Below are positions 20,879 to 33,900 of a stretch of 64,000 nucleotides of DNA, in pieces (within the stretch, counting starts at the first letter, position 1; each line of letters opens with the position of its first letter). The position numbers and the translations under genes were made by a program. Origin of the DNA: Obrimoposthia wandeli (Eukaryota); the NCBI GenBank assembly GCA_977020255.1, contig CDROCS010001153.1, positions 310,001 through 374,000 on the forward strand, read 5' to 3'. Under the pieces are notes generated by a model, which did no database searches, was not told the origin of the DNA, and saw nothing but the letters and a program-made list of their open reading frames with translations.

Positions 20879-21246
20879 ATGAAAATGACTAAAAAACCTA
20901 CTAAATCATTAAAGACTAAGGTTAAAAAGACTATGAGTAAAAAGACTATGAGTAAAAAGAAAATCATGGAGGGTTTGGGTATTCATATGATGGCAGAAAA
21001 AATCTTTTAGGTAGATGGTTTGGCGGAGTTGATAAAAAAGCTATAAAGCACAAAAAGAATGTGGATTATTTGAGAGGTATACAAAATCAGAAACGAGTGC
21101 AAAAAGGAGATGGTATACAAAAAGGGGATGGTATGCTTGATATTTTTGTAAAATTAGATAAACTTACAAAAGCATTTGAAAAGGATCCTAGTGCCTATCT
21201 TGGTCCAAAACTAAACTTTTTAGCAAACCGACCAAAAACTTTGTAA
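20879..21246 (+). CDS. Lys-rich basic core-like protein with protease-site motifs (frameshift at the T-run 21006-21009)
   Basis: MKMTKKPTKS...KKTMSKK x2...MEGLG...|LGRWFGG...QKGDGIQKGDG. Confidence 0.6.
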
Positions 21247-21384
21247 TTACATTGCAATATAGATGCAGTACGTCTTTGTTAGACACTCACATATATATAT
21301 ATACATGTATAAGAATAAATGTTACTATTGATTACATAAAGATGCAAGTATTTGCAATATAGATGCGTGACTGTCTTTGTTAGA

Positions 21385-21799
21385 TAGATATAGATTTTAA
21401 GTATGTTACTAAAAATATAATCTTTTTGACCTCACATGACCTTAAGTTGTCCTCATGACGTCATGACCTTAAGTTGTCCTCATGACGACATGACCTTAAG
21501 TTGACCTTAAAGTACATTGTCCTCATCATGACCTTAAGTTGACCTTAACTTGCCTTGACCTCATGACCTACATCTTGTCCTCATCGTGACCTTAAGTTGT
21601 CCTCATGAATTTAAATAAAAATCATGTGTACTCGGGAGAAATTTGACCTACATCTGTCATAAAAAATTTGAGTTCAAAAATTTTCGCGCAAATTTCAAAA
21701 TTTGACCTAAATTTTTTGTCCTCATCAAAAAATTTGACCTACATTTTTGACTTGTCCTCAGGGGGGGGCTTTGTTCCAGAAGTGCCACATCTACCTACT
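21385..21799 (-). repeat. Right TIR (perfect 21752-21799, imperfect and longer extension)
   Basis: Reverse complement of the left TIR, with extra TGACCT modules. Confidence 0.93.
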
Positions 21800-21805
21800 C
21801 CGAAT
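21800..21805 (+). repeat. Right 6-bp target-site duplication CCGAAT
   Basis: Identical to 7441-7446. Confidence 0.95.
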
Positions 21806-22165
21806 TTTCTTAACAAAGAAATATAACGAATTTATTTTGATTTTTTAAAAATTGAGTGAAATTGTTTAGAACTAAATTTGCTTTAATCGATAAATATTGA
21901 AGCAATATATCGAAGTTATTGTAATTATGCATTTTACATGTAATATTGATAAGTGATTTTGAATATTTATTTGTGAATTTATCGTGACAGAGTAATTTTT
22001 GAAATTTGATAATTTACAATTTTTATACTTTATTGTACTGATAAACTTCTTGTGAAGCGACATCATACACTATTTTAATAAACATTTTGTAAAGGTGAAT
22101 GTGTTTTTTAAAGGAATGAATGTTAATGTTAAAATAAAACTCGATGTATTTTTAAACAATCTCAC

Positions 22166-22309
22166 CGATTTAAAAAACTCCCGACCGGATTTCCCACCTC
22201 TCTTCAATAGTCCCACTGTGTTGCAGTGTTTTCTGCGTTGATTCGCCTCGTACAACGTCTGATCTGCGATGCCTCCTTTGCCATAAGTCCCCGGTGCCGG
22301 GAAACAATC
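22166..22309 (-). CDS. CIMAP2/LEXM-like exon 5 (DCFPAPGTYGKGG...FFKS)
   Basis: Acceptor TTCTTTTAG, donor GTGAGA, 48 codons, PAPGTYG motif. Confidence 0.8.
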
Positions 22310-22975
22310 CTAAAAGAAAGAAGCTTTGTAAATTATCTCTCTTCTGTACAACAGGTGTATCAAGCTCCTCATATTTTAAAATAAAACTTTAATGACATGA
22401 ACAAAATGTGTCGATTTTATAGAAAGATATGGATGCCTATAAATTAGTTTCAGTTCCTCATCTCGTTTTTTTATAAATATTTTTATGTATTCTTGACTGA
22501 TTTGTTCATAATTAGTTGAAATCTGTTTAGAAAGATTTCATATGATTGTACAATAATGAATTGTAGAAGTCTTGCCTAGAAGTGACATTTATAAATCTGG
22601 TCTTGAATTCTTTTCATAAATATTTTCTGATTTTACTTATTCTTCTTATTTAATAATTATGGCTTTACACAATATTTTTACTTGATTTTTGATAACAATT
22701 TTTGCATATGCCATCAACCTTAATGTAAATTTCAGACTGAATTAATAACATAAGTATTTTTTGAAAAATTGTTATTTCAATTTTTTTTTATTTCATTTCA
22801 GATATATTTTAAACACCAAGTTTTATATTTCAAAAATTACATTTCACTCAGACATATAGCGGCGTGTCATCAGCATAGAAAATATATGGCATTTTAAGCT
22901 TGTTTAAATATATTCTTTATAGAACTTGTATGCCTAGGAAATAAATTGGTGATTTGGCACTGTATTGCTGGATCT

Positions 22976-23262
22976 TGTTGACACTGACTTGATTCTCAAT
23001 TGAGTCACTTTGCGAATTCTTCTTAATTGATTCACTTAATAATTCTGTTTTTTGGGGCCTTTTGCTTTAATTTTAACTCTTTTATATATAACACATGCTT
23101 ACACATGACCTTTGTGGTCTTAATATTTTCCCACTAATTTTATTTTTATGATTTTAATTTTATAATTAATTTTATCCTAATTATAACTTTGCTTTCAAAG
23201 ATTTTTATTTTTGTATATAAATGATTAATTATTTTAATTTTAGTCAAAACCTAATCCTAACA
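22976..23262 (-). mobile_element. Truncated LTR fragment, same family as 56739-59177 and 63374-64000
   Basis: Shares TTGCTTTCAA.GATTTTTATTTT...TTTTAGTCAAAACCTAA..CA with 59110-59177. Confidence 0.6.
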
Positions 23263-24104
23263 AATGAAAAATTTCGTGTTCCGGACAAATTATAACTTTT
23301 GCACAGGCTTGATTGTACCAACATTAAACTTCAGACAAAAACAGATTTTTTTAGTGTAAACTTTCCCATATTGTAAAAATGAGAAATAACATAAAAATGA
23401 CAATTATACAGAAATTTGCTTTAAAAAGCCTCAGTCGCAAATGTATTTACTATTTCATTATTATTACACAATATAACAAAAACTAACTAAATATTATTCA
23501 TTATTTAAGATGCTAATAGATTTGCCATTATTTATTGTTTCAATTTTTATGTTTTGAGCTCTAGAACGCATTTGTCGTAAGGTTGCTAATGCTCTCTCGA
23601 CAATTTCATTTGTCATACTAACGCTTAATTTGGGCCGTTGCGTATATTAGTGTTTTTAAGAAATGTATAACATGTTGTTTCATTTTGTACTGATTCCCAA
23701 AGAGACTTCCACAAATCTAATACTTTTTCATAAGACCTGTTTATCCATAAATTCATCCACGCACCAGTTAAAAAATTATAACATCTGAAAATAATATAAT
23801 TAATGCAATAATTCATACTAAGTCCAAGTAAAGACGCCTTTAAAGCAAAAATAGCTCTTAAATTCCATCTTGCTTCATATTTGTTTTTTCTCAATAAGTG
23901 TAACAAATACTGAAAGCTTCAAGTTCCTAGTAGTAGTTTTGAGATATATAATATATCCTACATTCTTGGACTGACTGGGACTGTTTAACTAAATTCTATC
24001 ACAAAAAAGTAGTTGCCATTTTAAGATAAAACGAGTATTTTTAAACTTTTCTTTTGGTAAATAACAAAATAGGTACATTAATTTTAATTTTTCCATCTAC
24101 TCAC

Positions 24105-24221
24105 TCTATTTATTGCTCTGAAACGACAATTCCTAGACTGCATAGACACCGCCGCATTGTGTTCGTTGGCATCTTCGAGAAACGTTGTATACTCGTACTT
24201 ACCTGGACCCATACGTCTTTT
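24105..24221 (-). CDS. CIMAP2/LEXM-like exon 4 (KRRMGPGKYEYTTFLED...RFRAINR)
   Basis: Acceptor TTTTTCACAG, donor GTGAGT, 39 codons, GPGKY motif. Confidence 0.75.
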
Positions 24222-24505
24222 CTGTGAAAAATGAAAAATAATTGTACATAATAACAATTGTTAAGTAAATTTTTAATAATTTCAAAATTACGAAAAATAA
24301 TTAAATTAATTAGTTATTTTCTAATTAACGGATTTTATTCGCTAAAAGAAATTCATGATTTCTATTTTTACGTTGATAAATATAAATGATATAAGAATAA
24401 AATAAATTATAAAAAGTTTGTTTCAAAATCTTTGTTTAAATGTATTGTTAACTTCTAAAAATCAAATTTGTTATCAATATTTTTATTTAAAATAATATAA
24501 ATCAC

Positions 24506-24670
24506 TTGCTCTTCCTTTTCTTTGTAAAGATATTTACTCATAAAATGTGGGATTTTGCCTTGTTGTTCAAGAAACAGAGCTCTTTGCCAATCACTCTTTA
24601 AGGTTTCCTTGTCGAGCTTCTTTTCATCAAAACAAGATGTAAAAGACAAATCATATTTTCCAGGAGCCAT
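24506..24670 (-). CDS. CIMAP2/LEXM-like exon 3 (MAPGKYDLSF...DWQRAL...KEEQ)
   Basis: Acceptor TTCAG, donor GTGATT, 55 codons, APGKY motif. Confidence 0.75.
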
Positions 24671-25619
24671 CTGAACGTAAACATTATCAATAATAATGAA
24701 TAATCATTTCACAAATTATAATCGTTTTCATAACCTGGCCCTGGTATCAAAAAAACGTACTAACTTAAGATATTTTAAACACACTATTTTTTATTGTAAA
24801 CGAATGAAAATATGTTACAAAATATTACTGCTATATTTAATTTGCTTTGAAATAAATAAATATAATTTATAAATTATCTACAAATGTTAAATCCAAAATC
24901 AAAATGGAATGGTCAAGGTTAGTTAAAATATTTAAAAGCATATAATAATTACTTTTCGTATGTATATTTGAGTATTCGAGTTAGATAAATTTAAGAAATC
25001 CTATATCTGTATTTATTAATTACTAATTATTGATACTGTTGACAACATGTTAATAAACTGTCACTGGATCAAAATAAATTAGTCATGTAATCAGAAATCG
25101 GAAATATCATACCGACAACATTTGTTTGTAAAATGCCATCTATACATGTATAAATATATATTGTGTTTGTAGAATCTGACTCTTTAATTATGCCTACGAT
25201 AGAAAATATAATTAAAAGTAAATTTTGTAATGTGCAATGAATGTTGATTTTACAATTAAATTTTCAAATTAATACATTTGTAAAAACAAAATTTCAGCTT
25301 TATAAATAATATTAAAATTATTTAACTTGAAAACGTAAATTTTTTCTTTATGTTAAAAAATAATAAATATAAAACTACGCAAATTACTAACCAATTATAA
25401 TTTTTTAAATTAGTACATTTTCAAAAACTCCATAATTTTCTAACTTTAATCCAATGATATTTTAGGTCACTAAAATAAACTTTTACAAGGAATTTATTCA
25501 ATTTTATTATTGATATATGAGATAATTTTTTTTTTAAAAACATTAATATTTAAATATTATTGTAATTTTCTGCATTTAATTTTTTCAAGATAACCAAAAG
25601 ATTTCTTACTTTGATAAAT

Positions 25620-26800
25620 GCAGTTGCTTTCTATTGTTACCAGTTCAAATGGTGAGGATTTTAATGATGAACCAGAAATAGAAATTATATCTTCTGCAAA
25701 TGCAAAAATAACCGCCGAAGAAAATATTGGTGCTAAAAAACTTGAGGAAGAATCCCGAAAGTGGGCCAAGTGGAATCAAAATACATTATAAAAACCATAT
25801 TTTTCGTTTAGATGCCATACTAGCAAAAAAAGGTTTTCAAAGTAAAGATTATCCAATGAATTTCCTCAAGAAAAATAAAAACAAAGAAATCCAAAACTTA
25901 ACATAAAAAGTCAAATATCAGCTCTCATGTTTGCACTAGCATCAATGTTTGGCAACATAAAACCCTTGTTAGTTTCAAAAGATTCTTATGTGATTTTTAA
26001 ACTTTACATGAATGATAACATATGACCTCATCAAGGTTCAATCTGGAATTTATATTAAATGAAACGGCAACTGCTCTTTTTTTCTGGCTGATTAAGATTT
26101 GTCTGTTTTAAACTATTTTTCTTTAAAATGGATTAAAGATTTTACAACAAGAGCATATCTAATGGACCATTTCAATTTATGCTGTTGGTTTTAGCTACGT
26201 TTTCGGGGTATCCTCTTAAGTTCAATATTTATACTGATACGACATAACGTAGAGTTACGCCATTAGGACAACATGTAGCTACTCAATTAGTGAAAGATAT
26301 ACCCCATTCAGAAAATCATCGAATTTGTATAGACAACTTTCTTAGCTTAACAAACATTTTTCAAATTCTTGGAGATCTATTGAAGCTAAAGTGAAAATGA
26401 TCTAATACTTTATCTGAACATATGAAGAAAAAAGGAAAGAGGAGAGTTTGAGTACTTCCCTGAGTGAATGTTTGTGAATGAGTAGACAACAAAGAAGTTA
26501 TCCATATTCCTATAAACTCATTCCAGTTAAATTGAACAAGATTTATTATTCGAATGTTGATCGAATATGCTACATCTAAGAAATACATCCCTGAACTGAG
26601 AGACATACAGATTTTTTCATCTCAAAATTCTGTTGATGAACATTTCCTCAAAATGACGAACAAAAGGACGATTCAAGCTATGCTAAAAGAATACTTTTTT
26701 AACAAATGTAAGCACATAACGTTTTTGCAAAGTATCACTCGTGTTAATAAAAACTTTGCTACACTTAATCTTAAATACTTTTTTTTCTATAGTCAATCTC
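25620..26800 (+). mobile_element. Degenerate piggyBac-like transposase remnant
   Basis: SGYPLKFNIYT (26203-26235), LGQHV, and IDNFLS (about 26328). Many stops. Confidence 0.6.
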
Positions 26801-27490
26801 CAAATTTTCAAAATTATTAACATCTCAAAAATAGCTTTTATTTGACTTATTATTTTTTTTATTCCAGTTCTGTTTAAAATTTTAATAAATAATTTAAAGT
26901 TTATTTTAAATTTTTTCTTCTAGTTATTAGTTTGGCAGCTTTATTTAAATAAACTTATCTTAGCAAAGAGACCCTTGCAGGGACGAAGATAAAGTCAATG
27001 CACTGTTTCCATATGTGTCTTGGAAATTATAAGTCTTTTTTGTAATAAATGTATCAAATGTAGTGTTCTATTTTTGTTTTATTATGTGTTTATTTTTTAA
27101 AATTATACTTTACCAAATTTTATGGTTTATTATTATGGTACGACTACAAAATTGTGAAATCCCTCATGTCGATAGTCGAGTCAATATACTTCTGGCTCTG
27201 CGTGGTTTTAACATTATCCTATATATAAATTCTGTGGAAAATAAGTCTATTTTCATTATTTTTGCCATATTCGAATTGTTATAGAATCATTTTTACAAAG
27301 AATATTTTATAATTTGCGTTAACTATTTTATTTAATTATTTAAAGATTTGTTTTGATGGATTCAAAATCTTTTAAATATTTACAACTCAAGATTCTCAAT
27401 TTTTTATTTAATTAATATTGAGCAGAAAGCGTAAAAAGCGATATATAATCTAATAAATAAATTGAAAAATAATTAGAACAATCTACTAAC

Positions 27491-27563
27491 TTCTTTATCA
27501 TGAGTTTCTGAGCCCATTTTCCCCTTTTCAACTCTTTGAGGATGAATTCCCCATGGTTTAAAC
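27491..27563 (-). CDS. CIMAP2/LEXM-like exon 2 (FKPWGIHPQRVEKGKMGSETHDKE)
   Basis: Acceptor TTCAG, donor GTTAGT, phase 2 to 0. Confidence 0.75.
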
Positions 27564-27598
27564 CTGAAGAGAATTTGTCAGACAAATACACAATTTAC
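27564..27598 (-). other. Host 35-nt spliceosomal micro-intron
   Basis: GTAAAT...CTGAC...CTCTTCAG. Removal gives in-frame CG|G TTT AAA (R-F-K). Confidence 0.8.
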
Positions 27599-27654
27599 CG
27601 TGGAACGATTGAGCCATTAAATCCTTTTGTGTTGAGGTATGAAGTTGATGTCAT
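27599..27654 (-). CDS. CIMAP2/LEXM-like ciliary microtubule-associated protein, exon 1 (MTSTSYLNTKGFNGSIVP-R)
   Basis: ATG at 27654 and donor GTAAAT at 27598. Eight exons join in phase: 27599-27654, 27491-27563, 24506-24670, 24105-24221, 22166-22309, 5859-6002, 3440-3610, 101-241. They give a protein with repeated (G/A)PGxY motifs in the order I recall for LEXM/CIMAP2. The gene continues beyond the window start. Confidence 0.75.
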
Positions 27655-28165
27655 TAAAATAGACCACTTTAAAATATAAAATATTAGAATATTTTTTAAT
27701 TATTTAAAGTCAATAAATTTATATAAATTAATATTGACTAATAATTAGTCATTATAAATTTATATTTTGCAATTAAATCGCAGTTTCTAAAATAAATTAA
27801 CTATAATAAAAAAGTATAAAATTATTATTTATTTACTGATAATATAGTTACGATAGATTCATTAACAAGCTGTTTTATACAAAATAACAAAATATAATAT
27901 TTATTATGGTTAATGCTTTAAAAAATTCAATTTTGACGTTATGTTTAAAAATGTTAGATTAACTTTAAAAGTCTTGTTTCCAGTTTAAAAAACTATTAAT
28001 TATTGCTTTTCATATTGTAAACGACTTAATAAATTGAGAAAATAATATTTTTAAAAATTACAATTTCAATACAAATGTTTATTAGTAGCTATTTATTGTT
28101 TATTGTATTGCTAAGGATTGTTTGAATAATGTAAAATAATCTTATTATTTCCAATGACATTTTGA

Positions 28166-28654
28166 ATGGGCTGTGGTTCGCAAATTACCGAAAATAATAT
28201 AATTCAACAATTATTGCAGGTGAATTTACAGAGATAATGGCTGAAATTAACAAGTTTTTAGGGTGATATTTCAGATGCTACAAACTCCAAGGATAAATGT
28301 TTATGGTTAAACGAAACATTCATTTCTGAAGTCGCTCAAAACTCCAAAACTTCTTTCCAGAAGTCAAACAAAGCCGCTAATCGATCTCAGCCCCAATATC
28401 GATCGTATTTTGGATATAAACCAAATTTCAACAATAGAGTTGCCGCATTTCAGTTCAAAATCAATGTACACGAAGACGGCGATGTCGAGCAATATCGGAG
28501 GGAGAACAAAGCGATTCCGTGTCTAAGCAGCACAGCAGAAGAACGTGAGGTGCAATTCAGGTGGCAACAGCGACCAAATCCGGTTGATACTATCGTAGAA
28601 ATTGATGATTTGGTTCGTTCATTTGGACCTTTTTATACACATGGAATTAAATAA
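28166..28654 (+). CDS. Host gene 5' exons: MGCGSQITENNIIQQLLQ | GDISDATNSK..., with a 42-nt intron at 28220-28261
   Basis: CAG|GTGAAT...ATTAAC...TTTTTAG|GGT joins in phase 0 to a frame open for 130 codons. MGCG is a myristoylation/palmitoylation-type N-terminus. The 3' end of exon 2 is not determined. Confidence 0.6.
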
Positions 28655-29758
28655 ATCCACCCATTTATCGATAGAGTCAGTAACGACTTCTTATCTAATT
28701 GTAAATGCTTTTACCAACTAAATAAGTTACTCAGAATTTTATTATATACAAAATCATACAAAACCATCCAAGTAACCCAATGAAACCCATTTTTATGCAA
28801 CTTTACTAAACGTGGTTTTTGAATGCATAAGTTTATGAAACCAATATGAACATCGCATTTAAACATTAAGATTATGTATCAATTTAAAAATTTGATTTAT
28901 TTATATTTCTGATAATGTTTTTGGGAGCTAATATTTTAACATTGTTACTGACAATAATACTGGAAACATTAACAGATATGTAGAAGGCTTAATTAAATTT
29001 TCTCTCCAAGTCCAATGTTATGAGCCTCAATAATTCTGTCAGCATCTCTCTTCATAATGGCAGACACTGTCGATCAAGGCAACTTGAATTCTTCACAGAC
29101 ATAAGTGTGATTCTTTTTCCCACTTCAAATACCTTGAACATTTCTTTAAGACTCAAATTGCTGTAGCTCATTTTGAAAACGACCCCAGGAAAATGTTTTG
29201 CTTTTGTTTTTATAATATATAATTTCTATAAATCAATTTTTCGAATTAACATCGTATGAAGCATTGAAGATGCTAAAAGATGAACTTACAAGAACAAACT
29301 CAGAAACTAAGAATTGAAGTAAAACTGAATCGGATCGAGGATCAAGGTAATTAAATATAAATGTGAAAATTGAAAAAAATGGGTGAAAGATTGGTAAATA
29401 TTTGTGGTAATTTATTGAATTCTGTGCAAATCATAACAGACAAATATTTCCCATCTTCAATTTTGCAAAATACCTGATTGAATAAAAAAGCATTGTACGT
29501 AAGAAAATTCAGAACTTGTTTGCTTCAAAGTTGTCATTTATTTGTGTTTTATGTGTTATTGTTTTGAATATGTTATTTTTTGAGAAGAATAAAAAATAAA
29601 ATGAAGAGCTAAATAAAGCAAATAAAACATTCTTGGCTACAGATTCTAAAAAAGAATGATAGATTATATGCGTCAGATATATACAAAACTTGTAAAGTAA
29701 TTTTTGTCGAGTTCCATTTTCTCTCTCTAATACCTTGTCGCTACCCATTATTTTGCAG

Positions 29759-29982
29759 AGTTCAGAAATGGTGCGTAGGGAGTCTCAGACCGACACAGAG
29801 ACATCGACGAATCCGCGGAGAGCAGAGAAGAGCCTCTACCAACAAGTTCGCTTCTGGCAGAGTGGCAGCGACAGCACATTGGCTAATACTGAACAACCAA
29901 GGGTCGTAGCAGCCAACTTGGGAGGGGTTGCCGCGCTAGAGGGACCACAGATCGTCAATTCATTCAGCTCAGGTTCGAATCG
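29759..29982 (+). CDS. Host exon (SSEMVRRESQ...SGSNR), unknown product
   Basis: GC-rich island, acceptor TTTTGCAG, donor GTGAGT, open frame. Confidence 0.55.
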
Positions 29983-32900
29983 GTGAGTCGCTATCAGACA
30001 TTTTTCCTATTACATTTAGAACATTTTCTATATAAATTATCATATCGAGTATAAAAATAATTAAAAACTATTTAACATAACAAAACATAAATTATATTTT
30101 ATATTGCTACAATTTCTTAACAATAGTGGGAATTATTATTAAAATGTGATCTCTAAATCATCAACTTGGAGCAGTTAACTGCAGCATCTTCTAAATAGGA
30201 ATATCTTTAATATAGCGTCAACTTATCGATAATTGTGGGAATTATTATTCAAATACGCATGGTTAACCTGTGGCCTGTGCTGTAATTTTATAAGGAGTTA
30301 ATTAAAAATATCATTTTGTCATTCTTTATACGTTAAATTTCACTTTTGAAACTAAGGGAACTTTTACAAAAATATTTATAATTAATTTTTTTAAATTTCT
30401 ATAATTTCCGGTGAAAATTTCAGAAAATTTCAAAAAAATATAACAATAAAAGGGAATAAAACCTACAAAAAATCTGTTCATATCAGTTGAGTAATAAAAT
30501 TTGTTTATTGTAGTGTTTGTTCTTAATTATATTTGTTTACTCAAAATCTTTTTCTTATTTTTTAAATATATATAATGATTTGCGGCCTGCGGTAAAGAAT
30601 TTGTCTTCAAATTGACCCCTTAGATCTTTGAGTTGGCCATGTCTGGATTGAAAGCTTATTTAAAAGTGAAGAATGGTTAATAGTGTATTGAGAGAGAGTA
30701 AATTGTTGACAAAGATTGTCTGGACGTTCATAATATTTAAGATTAAGAAGTTTGTCGAGAAACCGTCAGATGGGTATTTTATACTATATTCAACAAATTA
30801 CACTAAATAAATTACTAAATTAAGCTAGCACAAAACAAAGTTGTAATCTACTGTGTAAATGTCAAATATTCGAACAGCGGTTAGGCAAAACTGTACATAA
30901 ACATGCCAATGTTAATATTGTTAATATTCCATCATGATAGCATATTGGTAAAGAAATTATCAAATAACAAACGGATTGATGGAATATTTTAACTTTTAAT
31001 AATTTAATGATGTTGAAAAATTCAAGAAGCAGCTGAAGACATTACTATTCAGAAAACAAAACAGGATAATATCTACCTGACATAAAAGAAACGCTTTAAA
31101 GTCATACATCATAGATTTATTAGATATTAGCGCATATTAAATATATTATTGTTAATTCGTTGTAAATGAAATATATTTATTGATGTAAATTAGCTATACT
31201 TATTTGTGATTGAATTTTGAATTTTATGGGAGTTTCAAGATTTCCAATTATATGGATTTTTAGAGTTATTTTAAAAGGTAATGTTTAATAGGTTAAATAA
31301 AATGTTAAGTTTTAACATAAAATAAATTATTTTAAATTTATTATATTTAAATAATTTTAAATTTATTATATTTGTTAAATAATTATTTTTTTTAACACAA
31401 AAATAAATTTAAATTTCAAAAGAATTCAAAAGCACAGATTTTTCGTATATTTTAAAATTAACTTGTTTCCTTAGAAGCAACATTTTAAAATGGGTTTTTT
31501 CTAATCAATTTATTAATATGACAATTAACTTTAAATTTTTTTAAAATATATATAACATTTAGGCGGGCAATTTAAATAAAAAATAATTATAGGAAATTTC
31601 AGGAATCCTTAACATCATTAATTATAGTTTTATTTATATGGAAACACTAGTCTTAATTATGTTTTAGTATAACCTACATACGTAATTTTAATAAAGGGTT
31701 CTTTCAAAACTAGTTTCATTTTAATTTTGACTAGTTAAGAGCATTTAAACAAAAACAACTTTATAGTTTTATTCAAAATTTCTCGATTTTTTTACAGAAA
31801 TTTATGAATAGTTATGAATAGGGAAAATGATATTTTATAAATATTTACTTTTAATTAAAATGGATTATATTAATAATCATTTTTTGTCTTTTTAAACATT
31901 TCAAATTAAATTATGTATGTTCAAAATTAAAAATTCTCATTTTGTGTGTTTTATTTTATTTTTACTGATTCAGGATTAGATATAAGATTGCAAGGTAAAT
32001 TAAATAATGCACAATTAAACGCACCTCCCGAAAAAGTCAATAAAATATATCCTATTTCGTTACCTTTTCTCACAGTAATGCAGCCTGATTTATTTTCTTT
32101 TTATCCTTTCAGATTTTTTCTCGAAATTTTCACAACTAAGTTTATGTATACCGTCGCAAAATATTTACAATAAAAAAAATATCTTCATTTTAAAATATTT
32201 ATTATATATACTTTTATTTTAAGTAAAACATATATGTATAAATTATGTTTTATTTTTCATTATTTTCTGAAAATCAAAAAAATGTGTTACTCAGAAAAAA
32301 AATAAAGTTAACTGAATAAATACAATTTACAAAAAAATCCAATATTGTTTCGAATAATTTGGCGTGTAAAATAGTACGGACAGTGACTTACTCCAACTAT
32401 ATTATATATTTTGTTCCTATTAAAATTTTCATTTATTTTGAGAATGTGGGCAAAGATATTCGGTTTCCTCAATGAATTAAGTTTCAATCTGATGACCCAG
32501 TAGAAAATCCCATAAGTCCCTCACATCATCTGAGCATCATATTAAACCCATGTTTAAACATGTCAAATTCCACTTTGCACAGGGAAAAATGTAGGTTTAA
32601 TGCTAGGTTTTTTGGGAACAATACTGAGTTCAGTGATGATCTCATTGATGCTAGTTTTTAGGTTAATATTATTTAATCCACAATGAAACAATATTTAGTT
32701 CTACATCATTAATTTTAGTTTTATTCGTATGGAAATACTAGTATTACTTATTTATTAGTATAACCTACATACGTAATTGTAGTAAAGAGTTCTTTCAAAA
32801 CCCGTTACGTTTAAAATTTTGACTATTTAAAAGCATTTAAACAAACAAAAAACTTTATACTTTTATACAAAATTTATCATAAAAAAAATTATTAAAAAAA

Positions 32901-33539
32901 ATTATGTCTTAAACATGGCGTCTTCCTTTGATGTAGGATACTCTAATTTGATTGTAAGAGATTTTATTACTCAATATTATTTATATTTATTTCAGCCCAA
33001 AATGAAGTAGCATCGATTTTTTCTGCAACTTATCTTATGAATTATCCAAGCTCATAAATGAACAAATTGTAACGATGTTTGGGTACTTTATTACATATAA
33101 TTGTGCAAAGCTCGATGACTACTTAAAGAAGAAAAATAAGGAAGCTCCACCTGTCAGAAGTATACGAAGTCAGAAAAATACGTTTTACGAAAATTAAGAT
33201 GTTATTATAATCGTGTGAATAAAAATTCCAGATCAAGTTAAGGGAATATTGTCACATCTTTTGGAGATGGTACTTGTAAATCCCAAATACAATTTCTTTT
33301 GGTTCTGACAAAACTATTAATAGAGAACATGGTTTAAAGACATACGAATATAGAATGGTTCTGCAATGGAAGGAAGTTGGCTACCCTGAACGACTAGAAT
33401 TGCGCAGACTGCTTATCAGTCGTGACAGAAATTGAAAGAAACTCATAACAAAACAATGCTACATCGTAATGGCTATATTAACCGCTATAACTGTTATTAC
33501 CATGTTATAGAGATTGATCAGTGATTCACTGAAAAACCT

Positions 33540-33900
33540 TTGAAATCCAATGTCAAAACGATTTTGCCTTTGATCCCCTAGGGTGGCCTTTTACGCATCC
33601 GATTCTCCTTTGAAACTGTGAATGGAGATTGCTATGTGGACACTGTTTGATGTGTTATTATTCCTACTCTGTCTAATATGCAATTTATTCATCATATTTA
33701 CCAACAAGATGGAGCTTTAGAGCATTGGAAATTGGCTGTTCTTGAGATACTGAATTGGAAAGTCCAGTCCTATGGAATGATCGGATTGTCCGGATTTAAC
33801 AATCAACTTTTACAAGCGTCGTGAAATATGTGTACAAAAGATTGGTGCTCGTATTGAACAATTACTTGTGAAAATCCTTGTTTGATATTTGGACTTTTAG
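33540..33900 (+). mobile_element. Degenerate Tc1/mariner transposase remnant
   Basis: TVNGDCY (about 33615) and QQDGALEH (33702). Confidence 0.6.

Larger units (their letters stand above)
7447..21799 (-). mobile_element. Full-length Maverick/Polinton (14,353 bp)
   Basis: Termini 5'-AGTAGG...CCTACT-3'. Flanked by the direct repeat CCGAAT (7441-7446, 21800-21805). Perfect 48-bp TIRs. Encodes pPolB, INT, ATPase, PRO, MCP and mCP. Confidence 0.97.

Noticed and set aside
30120-30250. Two GTGGGAATTATTATT copies containing CSL/Su(H)-like sites
   Set aside because: A short local duplication explains them, and there is no other support for regulatory function.
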